Below, one piece after another: positions 28,913-36,812 of a stretch of 64,000 bases of DNA; position 1 is the stretch's first letter, and each line of letters opens with the position of its first letter. The notes under the pieces were generated by a model. That model did no database searches and was not told the origin of the DNA. It saw only the letters and a list, made by a program, of their open reading frames with translations. Source of the stretch: a virus (lineage: Duplodnaviria; Heunggongvirae; Uroviricota; Caudoviricetes); the IMG/VR virus record IMGVR_UViG_3300032167_000069; one strand, given 5' to 3'. Made by a program: the position numbers and the translations under genes.

Positions 28913-29290
28913 TTATGATATAATTTTCAAAAAGATGTCTTCCTCAACATCTTCTATATCTTCTTCGTAATCATATTCCTCTTCATATTCTTCCTCGTCA
29001 AAATCGCCGAACTCATCGGCTGCGTCATTTTTATATTCTTCAAAATCGTTATCATTTAGATTGACAAGCTCTCCATTAGAATATAGGAAATACTCTTCAT
29101 CAAAATCGTCAATATCTCTCAGAAGATAATACACATATTTGATACCATCTGCTCTCAATGTCTCATACACCAAATCATCAATTTGGTCATAGTAATAGAT
29201 ATCATCACAAGTGTCTAATCCATTGTCAGAACAGAAGTCAATCAATTCTCCCCAAGTAGTTATTTGCTCATCATATTCAGCTCTTGTCAT
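28913..29290 (-). CDS. Highly acidic hypothetical protein
   Basis: 125 aa, rich in D/E/Y. Confidence 0.4.
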   Translation of the reverse strand: MTRAEYDEQITTWGELIDFCSDNGLDTCDDIYYYDQIDDLVYETLRADGIKYVYYLLRDIDDFDEEYFLYSNGELVNLNDNDFEEYKNDAADEFGDFDEEEYEEEYDYEEDIEDVEEDIFLKIIS

Positions 29291-29304
29291 TAGAACACCT
29301 CCTA

Positions 29305-29865
29305 TTACTCAGCATTTCCCCAATGAAATGCGTATATGGTATCGCCTAAGTTAATCACCTTGAACCCCATTTGGAAATAATATCTCCACACAGTATTCCA
29401 ATCTATAACGTCAACTAAGTTTTCACTAATGCTTTCAAGATAATCGGTGGTTATATTTTTGGCAAAAGGTATAAGCATTTCAGTTGCAAGATAGCACGCA
29501 CACTTTTCTTCTTCGGAACTCATTAACCATTTTTCAGTCCCTACTAATTCCTCCAGCATAAAGTCACTATCGCATATCTTTTCTAAAAATCTTTTATCAT
29601 TCAACGAAGAACTATTTGATGCTTCAAGTATAATTTCAAGTAACTCCAATGTCATACAAGGGTTCTCAGAATTTATATCCTCAATTGCCTCGTTAAGCTC
29701 AACAACATCATCAAAACCAATGCAGAAGTTTCCTTCCCAATCAATTATCTGTAGTTCGTGTGAAACATCAATGCTATTTTTCACCTCGCAAGGAAGTGTC
29801 AACTGAGTTGTTTCACCAGTATCCCAGTCGTCAACTTCGACCTTTAGTTTAATCAATACAAACAC
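29305..29865 (-). CDS. Hypothetical protein
   Basis: ORF of 186 aa. Confidence 0.45.
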   Translation of the reverse strand: MFVLIKLKVEVDDWDTGETTQLTLPCEVKNSIDVSHELQIIDWEGNFCIGFDDVVELNEAIEDINSENPCMTLELLEIILEASNSSSLNDKRFLEKICDSDFMLEELVGTEKWLMSSEEEKCACYLATEMLIPFAKNITTDYLESISENLVDVIDWNTVWRYYFQMGFKVINLGDTIYAFHWGNAE

Positions 29866-29989
29866 CTCTTTTCTTGAATAACTCTACAATCTAAAATAAT
29901 AAATAATCCTGAAGAAGACCGGGCGGAGATGAGTTACCAGTATATTAACGGGTTGTTCTGGGTAAGTTTAAGTTCAGAAAGATTGAGTT

Positions 29990-30200
29990 ATGTTAACTAA
30001 TGGTGTCTGTTATGTGGATAACTGCTTGGTTTCTTCTGACTTATCCCACTCACCTTTCTTCCCCTCGCCGAGTTCATCGAGCTTCTTTACGTGCCCAGTG
30101 TGAACCGTGCAGTCACCTGCGGGTGCAGGGGAATTCTTTTCCGCCAGCAAAGTGTTACTTCGGCTGACAACACAAAGCGCCTGTAAAAACAAGACAATAC
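29990..30200 (-). ncRNA. Structured GC-rich ncRNA locus A. A paralog of the RT-adjacent ncRNA, sharing a conserved module of about 45 nt.
   Basis: On the plus strand at 30138-30185 it reads ttcttttccgccagcaaagtgttacttcggctgacaacacaaagc. Near-identical modules occur at 34216-34262 and 35150-35192. A GC-rich hairpin-rich unique segment follows. The region is ORF-poor, and the ORF 30010..30285 is just a translation of the repeat. Confidence 0.45.
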
Positions 30201-30211
30201 ATTGTAAAGTT

Positions 30212-30301
30212 TGGCGGAGAGTAGAGGACTCGAACCTCTGCCCCGGATAAACGGGGAACGGTTTAGCAAACCGTGGCAGTACCAACTATGCTTAACTCTC
30301 C
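30212..30301 (-). tRNA. tRNA-Ser (GCU)
   Basis: Acceptor ggagagt/actctcc, anticodon arm acggt-ttGCTaa-accgt, long variable arm, T-arm, CCA. Confidence 0.7.
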
Positions 30302-30463
30302 ATATTGGCTCTTAGGTCAGCCAGCCGCACATCTTAACCCGAAAAATACTGGGGTTGGAATTTGCTCCCAAACAGCAGACTATTGCGAACTTGTGGTCTG
30401 CCAGCACGACTCATTTAATTTCTCCTCTATAGGATGCGGCACAGTGACATAACTGTGCAGTAC

Positions 30464-30551
30464 TGGCGGAGGGTCAGAGACTCGAACTCTGAAGCCCTTG
30501 CGGACTCGGCAGTTTTCAAGACTGCTGCCTTACCAATTAGGCTAACCCTCC
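30464..30551 (-). tRNA. tRNA-Ser (UGA)
   Basis: Acceptor ggagggt/accctcc, anticodon loop ctTGAaa, long variable arm, CCA. Confidence 0.65.
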
Positions 30552-30716
30552 ATATGGAAGCTTCCCCCGTAGGGAGGTATTACCAACCCACTTGCAAGTT
30601 TGCTGCTTTTTTAATTTAACCCATCCTAAAGCACCTGAAACACTGGGCATCCCGTGAAACCTTTTTTGAGGTGTCACCCTCGGAGTGGAGTACGGGCAAC
30701 GACAATCTCTCCCGAC

Positions 30717-30792
30717 TGGTCTGAGTAGCAGGTCTCGAACCTGCGACCTCGTGTTCCCAAAACACGTGCTCTACCAACTGAGCTATACCCAG
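30717..30792 (-). tRNA. tRNA-Pro (UGG)
   Basis: Canonical D-arm gctcagttggtagagc, anticodon arm cgtgt-ttTGGga-acacg, T-arm gcagg-ttcgaga-cctgc, CCA. Confidence 0.75.
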
Positions 30793-30800
30793 ATATATAA

Positions 30801-30874
30801 GTGTAGACTGACGACTTGAACGTCACCCCTCGACTAACACGAGACTCAGTACTCCCAATTATACGAAGCCTACA
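30801..30874 (-). tRNA. tRNA-like element (degenerate; D and anticodon arms not resolved)
   Basis: T-arm tgacg-ttcaagt-cgtca. Acceptor tgtaggc/gtctaca with a G-U pair. Confidence 0.3.
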
Positions 30875-30877
30875 CTT

Positions 30878-30964
30878 TGGTGCCGCTGACCGGACTTGAA
30901 CCGGTACGGTATTACTACCGAGGGATTTTAAGTCCCTTGTGTCTGCCAATTCCACCACAACGGC
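30878..30964 (-). tRNA. tRNA-Leu (UAA)
   Basis: D-loop gtggaattggcagacac, anticodon arm aggga-cuUAAaa-ucccu, long variable arm, T-arm, CCA. Confidence 0.7.
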
Positions 30965-30967
30965 ATA

Positions 30968-31044
30968 TGGTTGCGGGGGTGGGACTCGAACCCACGACCT
31001 CCAGCTTATGAGGCTGGCAAGCTGACCATCTGCTCTACCCCGCA
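30968..31044 (-). tRNA. tRNA-Met/fMet (CAU)
   Basis: Acceptor tgcgggg/ccccgca, anticodon loop ctCATaa, T-arm gtggg-ttcgagt-cccac, CCA. Confidence 0.7.
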
Positions 31045-31049
31045 ATATA

Positions 31050-31132
31050 TGGTGCCCGTAGCAGGACTCGAACCTGCACTCTCACGAACTGGTTCCTAAG
31101 ACCAGCGTGTCTGCCAATTCCACCATACGGGC
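31050..31132 (-). tRNA. tRNA-Leu (UAG)
   Basis: Acceptor gcccgta/tacgggc, anticodon arm ctggt-ctTAGga-accag, long variable arm, T-arm gcagg-ttcgagt-cctgc. Confidence 0.7.
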
Positions 31133-31166
31133 ATATTTCAACGCCCCGAAAGGCGTTGAAGTTTAA

Positions 31167-32795
31167 TTATTCGTCGTCTTCAACAACGTCAGTTTCTTCA
31201 ACTGCAATACCATAAGGCACGTCGCTTTCTTCGCACTCATAGTATCCTTCGTTAACTACTGCCTCATTATACTCTCCGCTTTCGGTTGCATCTAATGATG
31301 TATCATCTTTTGAACCACCAAAAATTCCCTTGAGAGGCTCAGCAAAACCCTTAACTAATTCCTGAATTTCGCCACTAAAAGACTGACCATTTAACGCCTT
31401 GTTCTCAACATCAAGCTTCTTCATCATACTGGGAATGCTGGAAAGTGTGTCAATTAAAACGTTTCCAGTTGCACCCTGAGCACTGCTACCACCGATATTT
31501 ACGAATTCTGCATTCTTACCGATGTCAGCCATAATCTGGGCTGTCTTTGTTGCAATTTCAATACGAGCATTAGCTTCAATCTTTAAACGCTCAATCTCAA
31601 AGTTAACCTTGTCATTTCCGGCACGAGCTTCAGCAAGAGCTTTTTCACCTTCGGCTTTTGCAAACAACATAGCCTTTTCTGCTTCAGCTTCCGCAGCACC
31701 CTTTTTGGCAATAATCTCAGCTTCAGTTTCACCCTCAACTTTAATTCTGTTAGCATTTGCCCTCGCTTCCTCTTCGATAGCTTTTGCCTTACCTTTTGCC
31801 ACCTGCTCCATAACCTTAGCTTCCGCCTCTGCGTTGATTGTGGCAACTCGTGCTTCCTCTTCAGCCTTGATTTCTGCCCTTACTCTCTCAGCCTCAGCCT
31901 TTGTTTTGATAACTTCTTTCTCTTTTACAGCCGCAAGATTAGCCTGTTCCTGTCTTACAACAGCCACACGACCTTCCTGTTCTGCAATTTCCTGCAACCT
32001 TACAGTTCTCTGGAGTTCACCAGCGATTTCAGCATCCGCATTTGCCTTGTCTGTTTCAGCCTTAAACTCTGCCTTTTTCAAACTGTTATCTCTGTTCTTT
32101 TCAGCAATCTGAAGCTCAGTATCGAGTTCGCTTTGTTTTGCAGCCTTTTCAGATTCAGCATTCTGCTGTCTAATCTGCTGATTTGCAGTAGCTTTTACTT
32201 TTTCGGCTTCTTTTCTCTTTTCTTCACGGTCAATCGCTGCGATATCATCATAATATCCATACTTATCCGTAATATCCTGAATGTTAAGCGATACAAGCTC
32301 AAGACCCATATCTGTCAATTCATCACTTACAGATTCAACAATTGCTTCCTTAAATGTTTCTTTGTCGTTCTGTACCTGTTCAGGTGTCATACTTGCAACA
32401 ACACTTCTTACAGAACCCATAAGCGTGAGCTTAACATCCTCAATAATACCTCTCTGTCCTCTTTCCTTAAACGAAACAATCGCTTTCTTTAATACATCGA
32501 GGTCTTTTGTGTTAGGTCTAATCTGAGCTGTCCAGTCAACGATAATCGGCACAGATGTTTTTGTCTTAATCTCATCTCCGTCAGTTGGAACTGTTAACAT
32601 ACACAAATCAAAGTATGATGCTTTTCTGAAAATCGGGATAACGAAGCTACCGCCAGAAACCTTGATTTTAGGCTCTTTTCCGCCTGTGATAATTAACGCT
32701 TTGTCAACATCTGCAACTTTGTAGATGCAACAAAGAAAAATAATAAGTGCCGCAAGAATACCAAGTGAAATTCCACCGTAAATTAAAAACTGCAT
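31167..32795 (-). CDS. SPFH/band-7 (flotillin-like) membrane protein with a long Ala/Glu-rich coiled coil
   Basis: An N-terminal TM helix, then an SPFH-like core, then an EA-rich coiled-coil repeat region and an acidic tail. It lies directly downstream of the RT on the same strand. Confidence 0.55.
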   Translation of the reverse strand: MQFLIYGGISLGILAALIIFLCCIYKVADVDKALIITGGKEPKIKVSGGSFVIPIFRKASYFDLCMLTVPTDGDEIKTKTSVPIIVDWTAQIRPNTKDLDVLKKAIVSFKERGQRGIIEDVKLTLMGSVRSVVASMTPEQVQNDKETFKEAIVESVSDELTDMGLELVSLNIQDITDKYGYYDDIAAIDREEKRKEAEKVKATANQQIRQQNAESEKAAKQSELDTELQIAEKNRDNSLKKAEFKAETDKANADAEIAGELQRTVRLQEIAEQEGRVAVVRQEQANLAAVKEKEVIKTKAEAERVRAEIKAEEEARVATINAEAEAKVMEQVAKGKAKAIEEEARANANRIKVEGETEAEIIAKKGAAEAEAEKAMLFAKAEGEKALAEARAGNDKVNFEIERLKIEANARIEIATKTAQIMADIGKNAEFVNIGGSSAQGATGNVLIDTLSSIPSMMKKLDVENKALNGQSFSGEIQELVKGFAEPLKGIFGGSKDDTSLDATESGEYNEAVVNEGYYECEESDVPYGIAVEETDVVEDDE

Positions 32796-32864
32796 AATAA
32801 AAGTCTCCTTAGAAAAATATTTGTTGTTTGTTTACTGTGATTTTGTTTTGCTAAAACTGTTTCT

Positions 32865-34019
32865 TCACGATAAATCCCCCTTTATTAGCTTTTCTATGTC
32901 TGCGCCAAACTTCTGGTTATTATGAGAAATAACATAGTTTATATAATCTGGCTCAATCATTCTATAATAGGAAATAAGCCCAGCAAATACTTGTACGTCG
33001 TGCCTATCCCAATTAACGTTTTTCTTTTTGTCGCAAATATAATTGCAACACATAGCTTTGAATGCTTTTTTCTTTTGATGACCAATGGTTATCTCGTTAT
33101 CTTTGTTAAGCATAACACCCAAATTCCAGTTCCGACCAGCGGATGAACCGTATCTCGTTTTTTCTTTTTTGATTGCAAATGGAGCATCAAATCTTTTCAG
33201 AACATCGAGAACATATTCCTGCACCGCTTTGTAATCAAAATTCACTTTTGATGAAATCAAAATATCATCAGCATATCGTGTGTAAACAAAATGCTCGTCC
33301 ATCTTCCTTAAATCATTACAAAGTTGATGGTCGATTGGAATCATCATAATATTGGTGATTGTCGGCGATATAGGTGTTCCCTGTGGCAAACCGCCGTTTA
33401 AAAAACAAAGACTCAAAGCTCTTTTTAAGGCTTCGAGTCCATTTCTTCTTTTCACTATTTCACTAAACGGGAATATTTTTGAAAACATTGATAACACAAA
33501 CTCCTCTGTTGTGCTACCAAAAAAGTCCGAGAAATCAAGTTTTGCGAACCATTTACTTTCGTTCTGCTGATGTCTCTTAATTGAGTCAATTGTGCATCTA
33601 CCTTTTACATATGCAAAAGCAGATGTATGATACAATGCAAACATATTCTTTTCAAAAATAGTTTTCAAATTACGCAATGCATTCATCAATTCAGGTACAG
33701 GTGCATTAATTTCTCTCAAACCGCCACTTTTCTTTGGTATATGGAACGTTTCATACAGCGACTTCCTATCTACCTCAAATAAATTTGCATATTGAGAATT
33801 AAACTGTTCAAGAGCATAAATCATTGCGTTAAAATTGAATTTATCAAGAAATTTTTCGTTTAACTGCTCTCTGTAATGTGTTCTTGTGTTTGTTACATTG
33901 GGCACAATCATTCTTGATACATCAACCGCACCCGCCAGAATATCATCTAATGATAACTGATAATATATTGGCGATTGTTGAATTGTTACATAAGGCATAC
34001 TAATTCTCCTTTCGTACAT
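32865..34019 (-). CDS. Reverse transcriptase, retron/Abi-like type (not DGR type)
   Basis: IPKKSGGLREINAP (RT motifs 1/2), AKLDFSDFFGS (motif 3), GLPQGTPISP (motif 4), YTRYADDILISS (motif 5, YADD). KTRYGSS...NLGVMLN...IGHQKKKAF follows the pattern of the retron region after YADD. AYVKGRCTIDSIKRH sits at the NAxxH position. At 384 aa it has no maturase or endonuclease domain. Confidence 0.75.
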   Translation of the reverse strand: MYERRISMPYVTIQQSPIYYQLSLDDILAGAVDVSRMIVPNVTNTRTHYREQLNEKFLDKFNFNAMIYALEQFNSQYANLFEVDRKSLYETFHIPKKSGGLREINAPVPELMNALRNLKTIFEKNMFALYHTSAFAYVKGRCTIDSIKRHQQNESKWFAKLDFSDFFGSTTEEFVLSMFSKIFPFSEIVKRRNGLEALKRALSLCFLNGGLPQGTPISPTITNIMMIPIDHQLCNDLRKMDEHFVYTRYADDILISSKVNFDYKAVQEYVLDVLKRFDAPFAIKKEKTRYGSSAGRNWNLGVMLNKDNEITIGHQKKKAFKAMCCNYICDKKKNVNWDRHDVQVFAGLISYYRMIEPDYINYVISHNNQKFGADIEKLIKGDLS

Positions 34020-34059
34020 ACTGTAATCTACAAGATATATAAGCGTCTATGCAGCACGA

Positions 34060-34290
34060 GATGCTAAGCTTTTGCTGGTAACTTGGTCATCAGTGAGATG
34101 AGAGTTCATCTGATGAAAACCCAGTATTTATGCGGTATTTCTCTATTGATGGATTTGGGCAGACCTGTCGGGAAGCGTAAGCCACGGCTGTGGGTGATTG
34201 CCATCCTGAGCTGTCTCCCTGTGTTTTTCTCCAGCAAAGTGTTACTTTGGCTTATAACACAAAGCATCTGAAAACTCAGATTATTCATTA
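34060..34290 (-). ncRNA. Structured GC-rich ncRNA locus B, immediately upstream of the RT start (retron msr/msd-like position)
   Basis: Conserved module at 34216-34262. Inverted repeats cttttgctgg (34069-34078) and ccagcaaag (34221-34229) bracket about 160 nt. Several GC hairpins are present. The ORF 34106..34288 is a translation of the repeat. Confidence 0.5.
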
Positions 34291-34305
34291 CAAGTATGTT
34301 AATAT

Positions 34306-34545
34306 TTATTCATAACATTCATCTAAATCCTCATTGTCTATATTCACCTCTGAGTTGTCTTGTTCTACGTGAATATAGCAATAGGAATCTCCGCATATTG
34401 CAATTTTTGCTTCTGGCGGATAATTATTTAATTGTTCGATTAACTGTTTTACAGTTGTGTTTGGCAAGAAAACTTTTCTGTTTGCATCATACATATCATC
34501 TCTCCTAAATTTCATCAATATCGCAAGTCCATTGACGCCATTCAA
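34306..34545 (-). CDS. Hypothetical small protein
   Basis: 79 aa, between ncRNA loci C and B. Confidence 0.35.
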   Translation of the reverse strand: MNGVNGLAILMKFRRDDMYDANRKVFLPNTTVKQLIEQLNNYPPEAKIAICGDSYCYIHVEQDNSEVNIDNEDLDECYE

Positions 34546-34873
34546 ATCTCAAAAACTTCTGAATAGCTTCTTCGAGCGAATCAGCCTCGATAACTTTAGT
34601 CCACATATGGCTACCTATCAAAACTTCATCGTATCTTTTAGGTTCATCGCATACTACAATATCGCCGATGCGTTTCTCTGGAGTGTAACAACCTTTAGTT
34701 TCAGCGGTATAATATGCAATTAGGCGAGTGTTTAAGTAAAATTCACTTCCATAATATCCACAGAAACTTCCACGTCCATCAGTTTTGCACTGTTCAAACA
34801 GCCCAATTAAACTGTTTTCATATGCAACCTTTTTAACAGAGTCGTCATAAAACTTATTTACATAAAACTTCAT
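34505..34873 (-). CDS. Hypothetical protein
   Basis: 122 aa. Confidence 0.4.
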   Translation of the reverse strand: MKFYVNKFYDDSVKKVAYENSLIGLFEQCKTDGRGSFCGYYGSEFYLNTRLIAYYTAETKGCYTPEKRIGDIVVCDEPKRYDEVLIGSHMWTKVIEADSLEEAIQKFLRFEWRQWTCDIDEI

Positions 34874-35039
34874 TGAAAATACGCTCCTTTACATATAAAA
34901 TCAGTCTTTTATAAACACCTACGATCAAACATTATAAAATACAATCTTGAGGAAATCCGGATACCTTCGTCGGAACCACTTCAGATATATAAATTATAAA
35001 TTAAAGTAGGGATTTGTCTATGAAAAGTGTTGATAAATT

Positions 35040-35222
35040 GAGAATTTATCGACATAAGGACTTGACAAAGCACGCAATGACCTGTAGTGGAGGTGGTAGC
35101 ACCCGGCATCGGGCTCTGGAGGCGTCATCGCCGTCCCCTTCTTTTCGCCTATCAAAATATCACTTCGGCTGACAACACAAAGCATTTGAAATTAATCAAA
35201 TAATGCATCGTAGGTGTTTATG
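35040..35222 (-). ncRNA. Structured GC-rich ncRNA locus C, immediately 3' of the CLec-like gene stop. Shares the conserved module.
   Basis: cttttcgcctatcaaaatatcacttcggctgacaacacaaagc at 35150-35192, then a unique GC-rich hairpin segment. It shares an 11-nt identity (cccgatgccgg) with the VR-like region of the upstream gene. Confidence 0.45.
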
Positions 35223-35224
35223 GT

Positions 35225-36106
35225 TTATATTGTTAATATTGAAAAAAGTTCTTCTTCAGACACATCTTCGTACACGATTTCAGTTTGGATTACATCATAA
35301 TAACCCATATCGTCTGGTTCGTCACTTATAAGGATTTCAGGATTGATTTTCAAAGCGGGACGGACACCCAAAATGCCATCATACGCACTGCAATAGTAGT
35401 AATCACCGCCACGACTGACGTACCTGACGCCGCAACCACCGCCGGCATCGGGAGAACGGAGCAAATAATACCAGTTCTCGTCATATTCCACTTCTTCATC
35501 AACATTAGAATATTCTACGGCGTAATCAGTGGGCATAGCGGCTCTATCTGCATTTATTTCATTTTTAAAATATTCCCAGTAATCACCTTCGGACACGTTT
35601 CTTATTGTTCCACCGTACAAATTGGTGTATGAAGGCAGAAATACCTTTCTGGTTATTACGTCAAGTCGCTCATCTTCACGGGTCACTTCGCAATCAGGAA
35701 GTGCCGTCATTACCGTAGAATCATCTATTGCATCAATTTCCCAGCCCTCAAAAAATCTCAAGAAGCCGTGATGATTTGCATATCCTGTGTTTCCTGAAAC
35801 CAAATTTCCTGTGGGTGGCTCATCGTATTCGTGGCGTTTAATAAAGCATTCATCATCGCTACTGTTTAAAAACTGGTCGATATTTGATACCGAGTAGCGA
35901 TTATTACCATAACGCTGACGATAAGCATCGGGGTTTTCCACTTCTCTCGCATCGAATGCACGGAAATCCTCAATCCTTTCTGACATAAAGGTATTATCTC
36001 CGTTTACCTTTATCCAAGTAATCTTATGAGTACCCTCATCGCCAATACTATACGCACCAAAACGCACCTTTTCGCCAACATTGAGTTCGCTTATTCTTCG
36101 TGCCAT
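35225..36106 (-). CDS. CLec/FGE-fold protein with a DGR-variable-region-like C-terminus (putative receptor-binding/adhesin-type protein)
   Basis: The C-terminus NWYYLLRSPDAGGGCGVRYVSRGGDYYYCSAYDGILGVRPAL resembles FGE/CLec-type DGR target ends (LRS...RGG...GxRP/C.). It is Y/S/G-rich. Confidence 0.5.
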   Translation of the reverse strand: MARRISELNVGEKVRFGAYSIGDEGTHKITWIKVNGDNTFMSERIEDFRAFDAREVENPDAYRQRYGNNRYSVSNIDQFLNSSDDECFIKRHEYDEPPTGNLVSGNTGYANHHGFLRFFEGWEIDAIDDSTVMTALPDCEVTREDERLDVITRKVFLPSYTNLYGGTIRNVSEGDYWEYFKNEINADRAAMPTDYAVEYSNVDEEVEYDENWYYLLRSPDAGGGCGVRYVSRGGDYYYCSAYDGILGVRPALKINPEILISDEPDDMGYYDVIQTEIVYEDVSEEELFSILTI

Positions 36107-36128
36107 ACATTACCACCCTTTCTATATA

Positions 36129-36800
36129 TTAAAAAGCATCGACAGTATGACCAAAAGCATCAATTAAAATCAACTTACTGATACTGCCACCTTTTGCAAA
36201 ATTTATAAAATTAGATACACCGTGGGCAACAATCATTCTAACCGTCGGAACAACAGAAAGAGTCATATTACAAGCTGACACAGGTGTTTCGGCTTTTGCT
36301 TCTTCGTGAGTAAAAGCCATAGATTTAAGGAAATCTTCAACCATCTTCTTATTCTTCCAGTCCGCAGCATAATGCTGAGCGTCTGTAAGTCTCATACGGA
36401 AATCGAACATAGCTTTTACATAAGGATTGTCCTTGCAACTTTCCGCAATTTCACGTCTCAAATCAATGTTATCAACACAGAGGAAAACATAGCCAGACAA
36501 CTTCTGCCCTACATATCCTTTGTCAACAAGCTTGATTTCCTTTTTTACTTCAGGGTTGATTTCGTAAAGCATATCTGCCAATGCCTCAACCTTTGTTTTT
36601 CCGATATCAACCTGTCTGAACATCTGATTCGCAATGTTGTGTGGTTCTACGTGGTCAAAATCATAAAGAGTTATATTTGTGAGACCAAATCTGACAAGAT
36701 TTTCTGCGACCGTAGAGCCGATTGCACCACAGCCTATAATGTGTAATCTTTCTTTGCACATTTCAGGCTGAAAAAATTCATATGATTTTGCTAAATCCAT
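36129..36800 (-). CDS. ThiF/MoeB-family E1-like adenylyltransferase
   Basis: IIGCGAIGS is a Rossmann nucleotide loop. LYDFDHVEPHNIANQ fits E1. At 223 aa it is a minimal E1. Confidence 0.6.
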   Translation of the reverse strand: MDLAKSYEFFQPEMCKERLHIIGCGAIGSTVAENLVRFGLTNITLYDFDHVEPHNIANQMFRQVDIGKTKVEALADMLYEINPEVKKEIKLVDKGYVGQKLSGYVFLCVDNIDLRREIAESCKDNPYVKAMFDFRMRLTDAQHYAADWKNKKMVEDFLKSMAFTHEEAKAETPVSACNMTLSVVPTVRMIVAHGVSNFINFAKGGSISKLILIDAFGHTVDAF

Positions 36801-36812
36801 ACCCTCAACTCC

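Noticed and set aside
30010-30285. ORFs 30010..30285 and 34106..34288 (and 30087..30269) look like small proteins and share the peptide LCV(V/I)S(R/Q)SNTLL(A)EKN
   Set aside because: The shared peptide is just the translated conserved ncRNA module (agcaaagtgttac...acacaaagc). The rest of each ORF covers GC-rich hairpin RNA with no RBS or start context, so I treat them as noncoding.
30801-30874. Calling this element a standard tRNA with a defined anticodon
   Set aside because: The acceptor stem and T-arm are present, but I could not fold a consistent D arm or anticodon arm, so I kept it as a low-confidence tRNA-like element.
30674-31045. 123-aa ORF spanning 30674..31045 on the minus strand
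   Set aside because: It runs straight through four tRNA genes (Pro, tRNA-like, Leu, Met), so it is an artefact of the GC-rich tRNA sequence.
31522-32112. 196-aa Ala/Ser-rich plus-strand ORF (and 31583..31846) antisense to the SPFH gene
   Set aside because: These are antisense translations of the repetitive GCn/GAA-rich coiled-coil coding region; the minus-strand SPFH gene explains the sequence.
32865-36106. Interpreting the RT plus VR-like protein as a canonical diversity-generating retroelement
   Set aside because: The RT has PQG and YADD motifs, not the IGxxxSQ and YMDD motifs of DGR RTs. I could find no template repeat: loci A, B and C differ from the VR at non-adenine positions, and C shares only 11 nt. 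So a classical DGR is not supported in this window.
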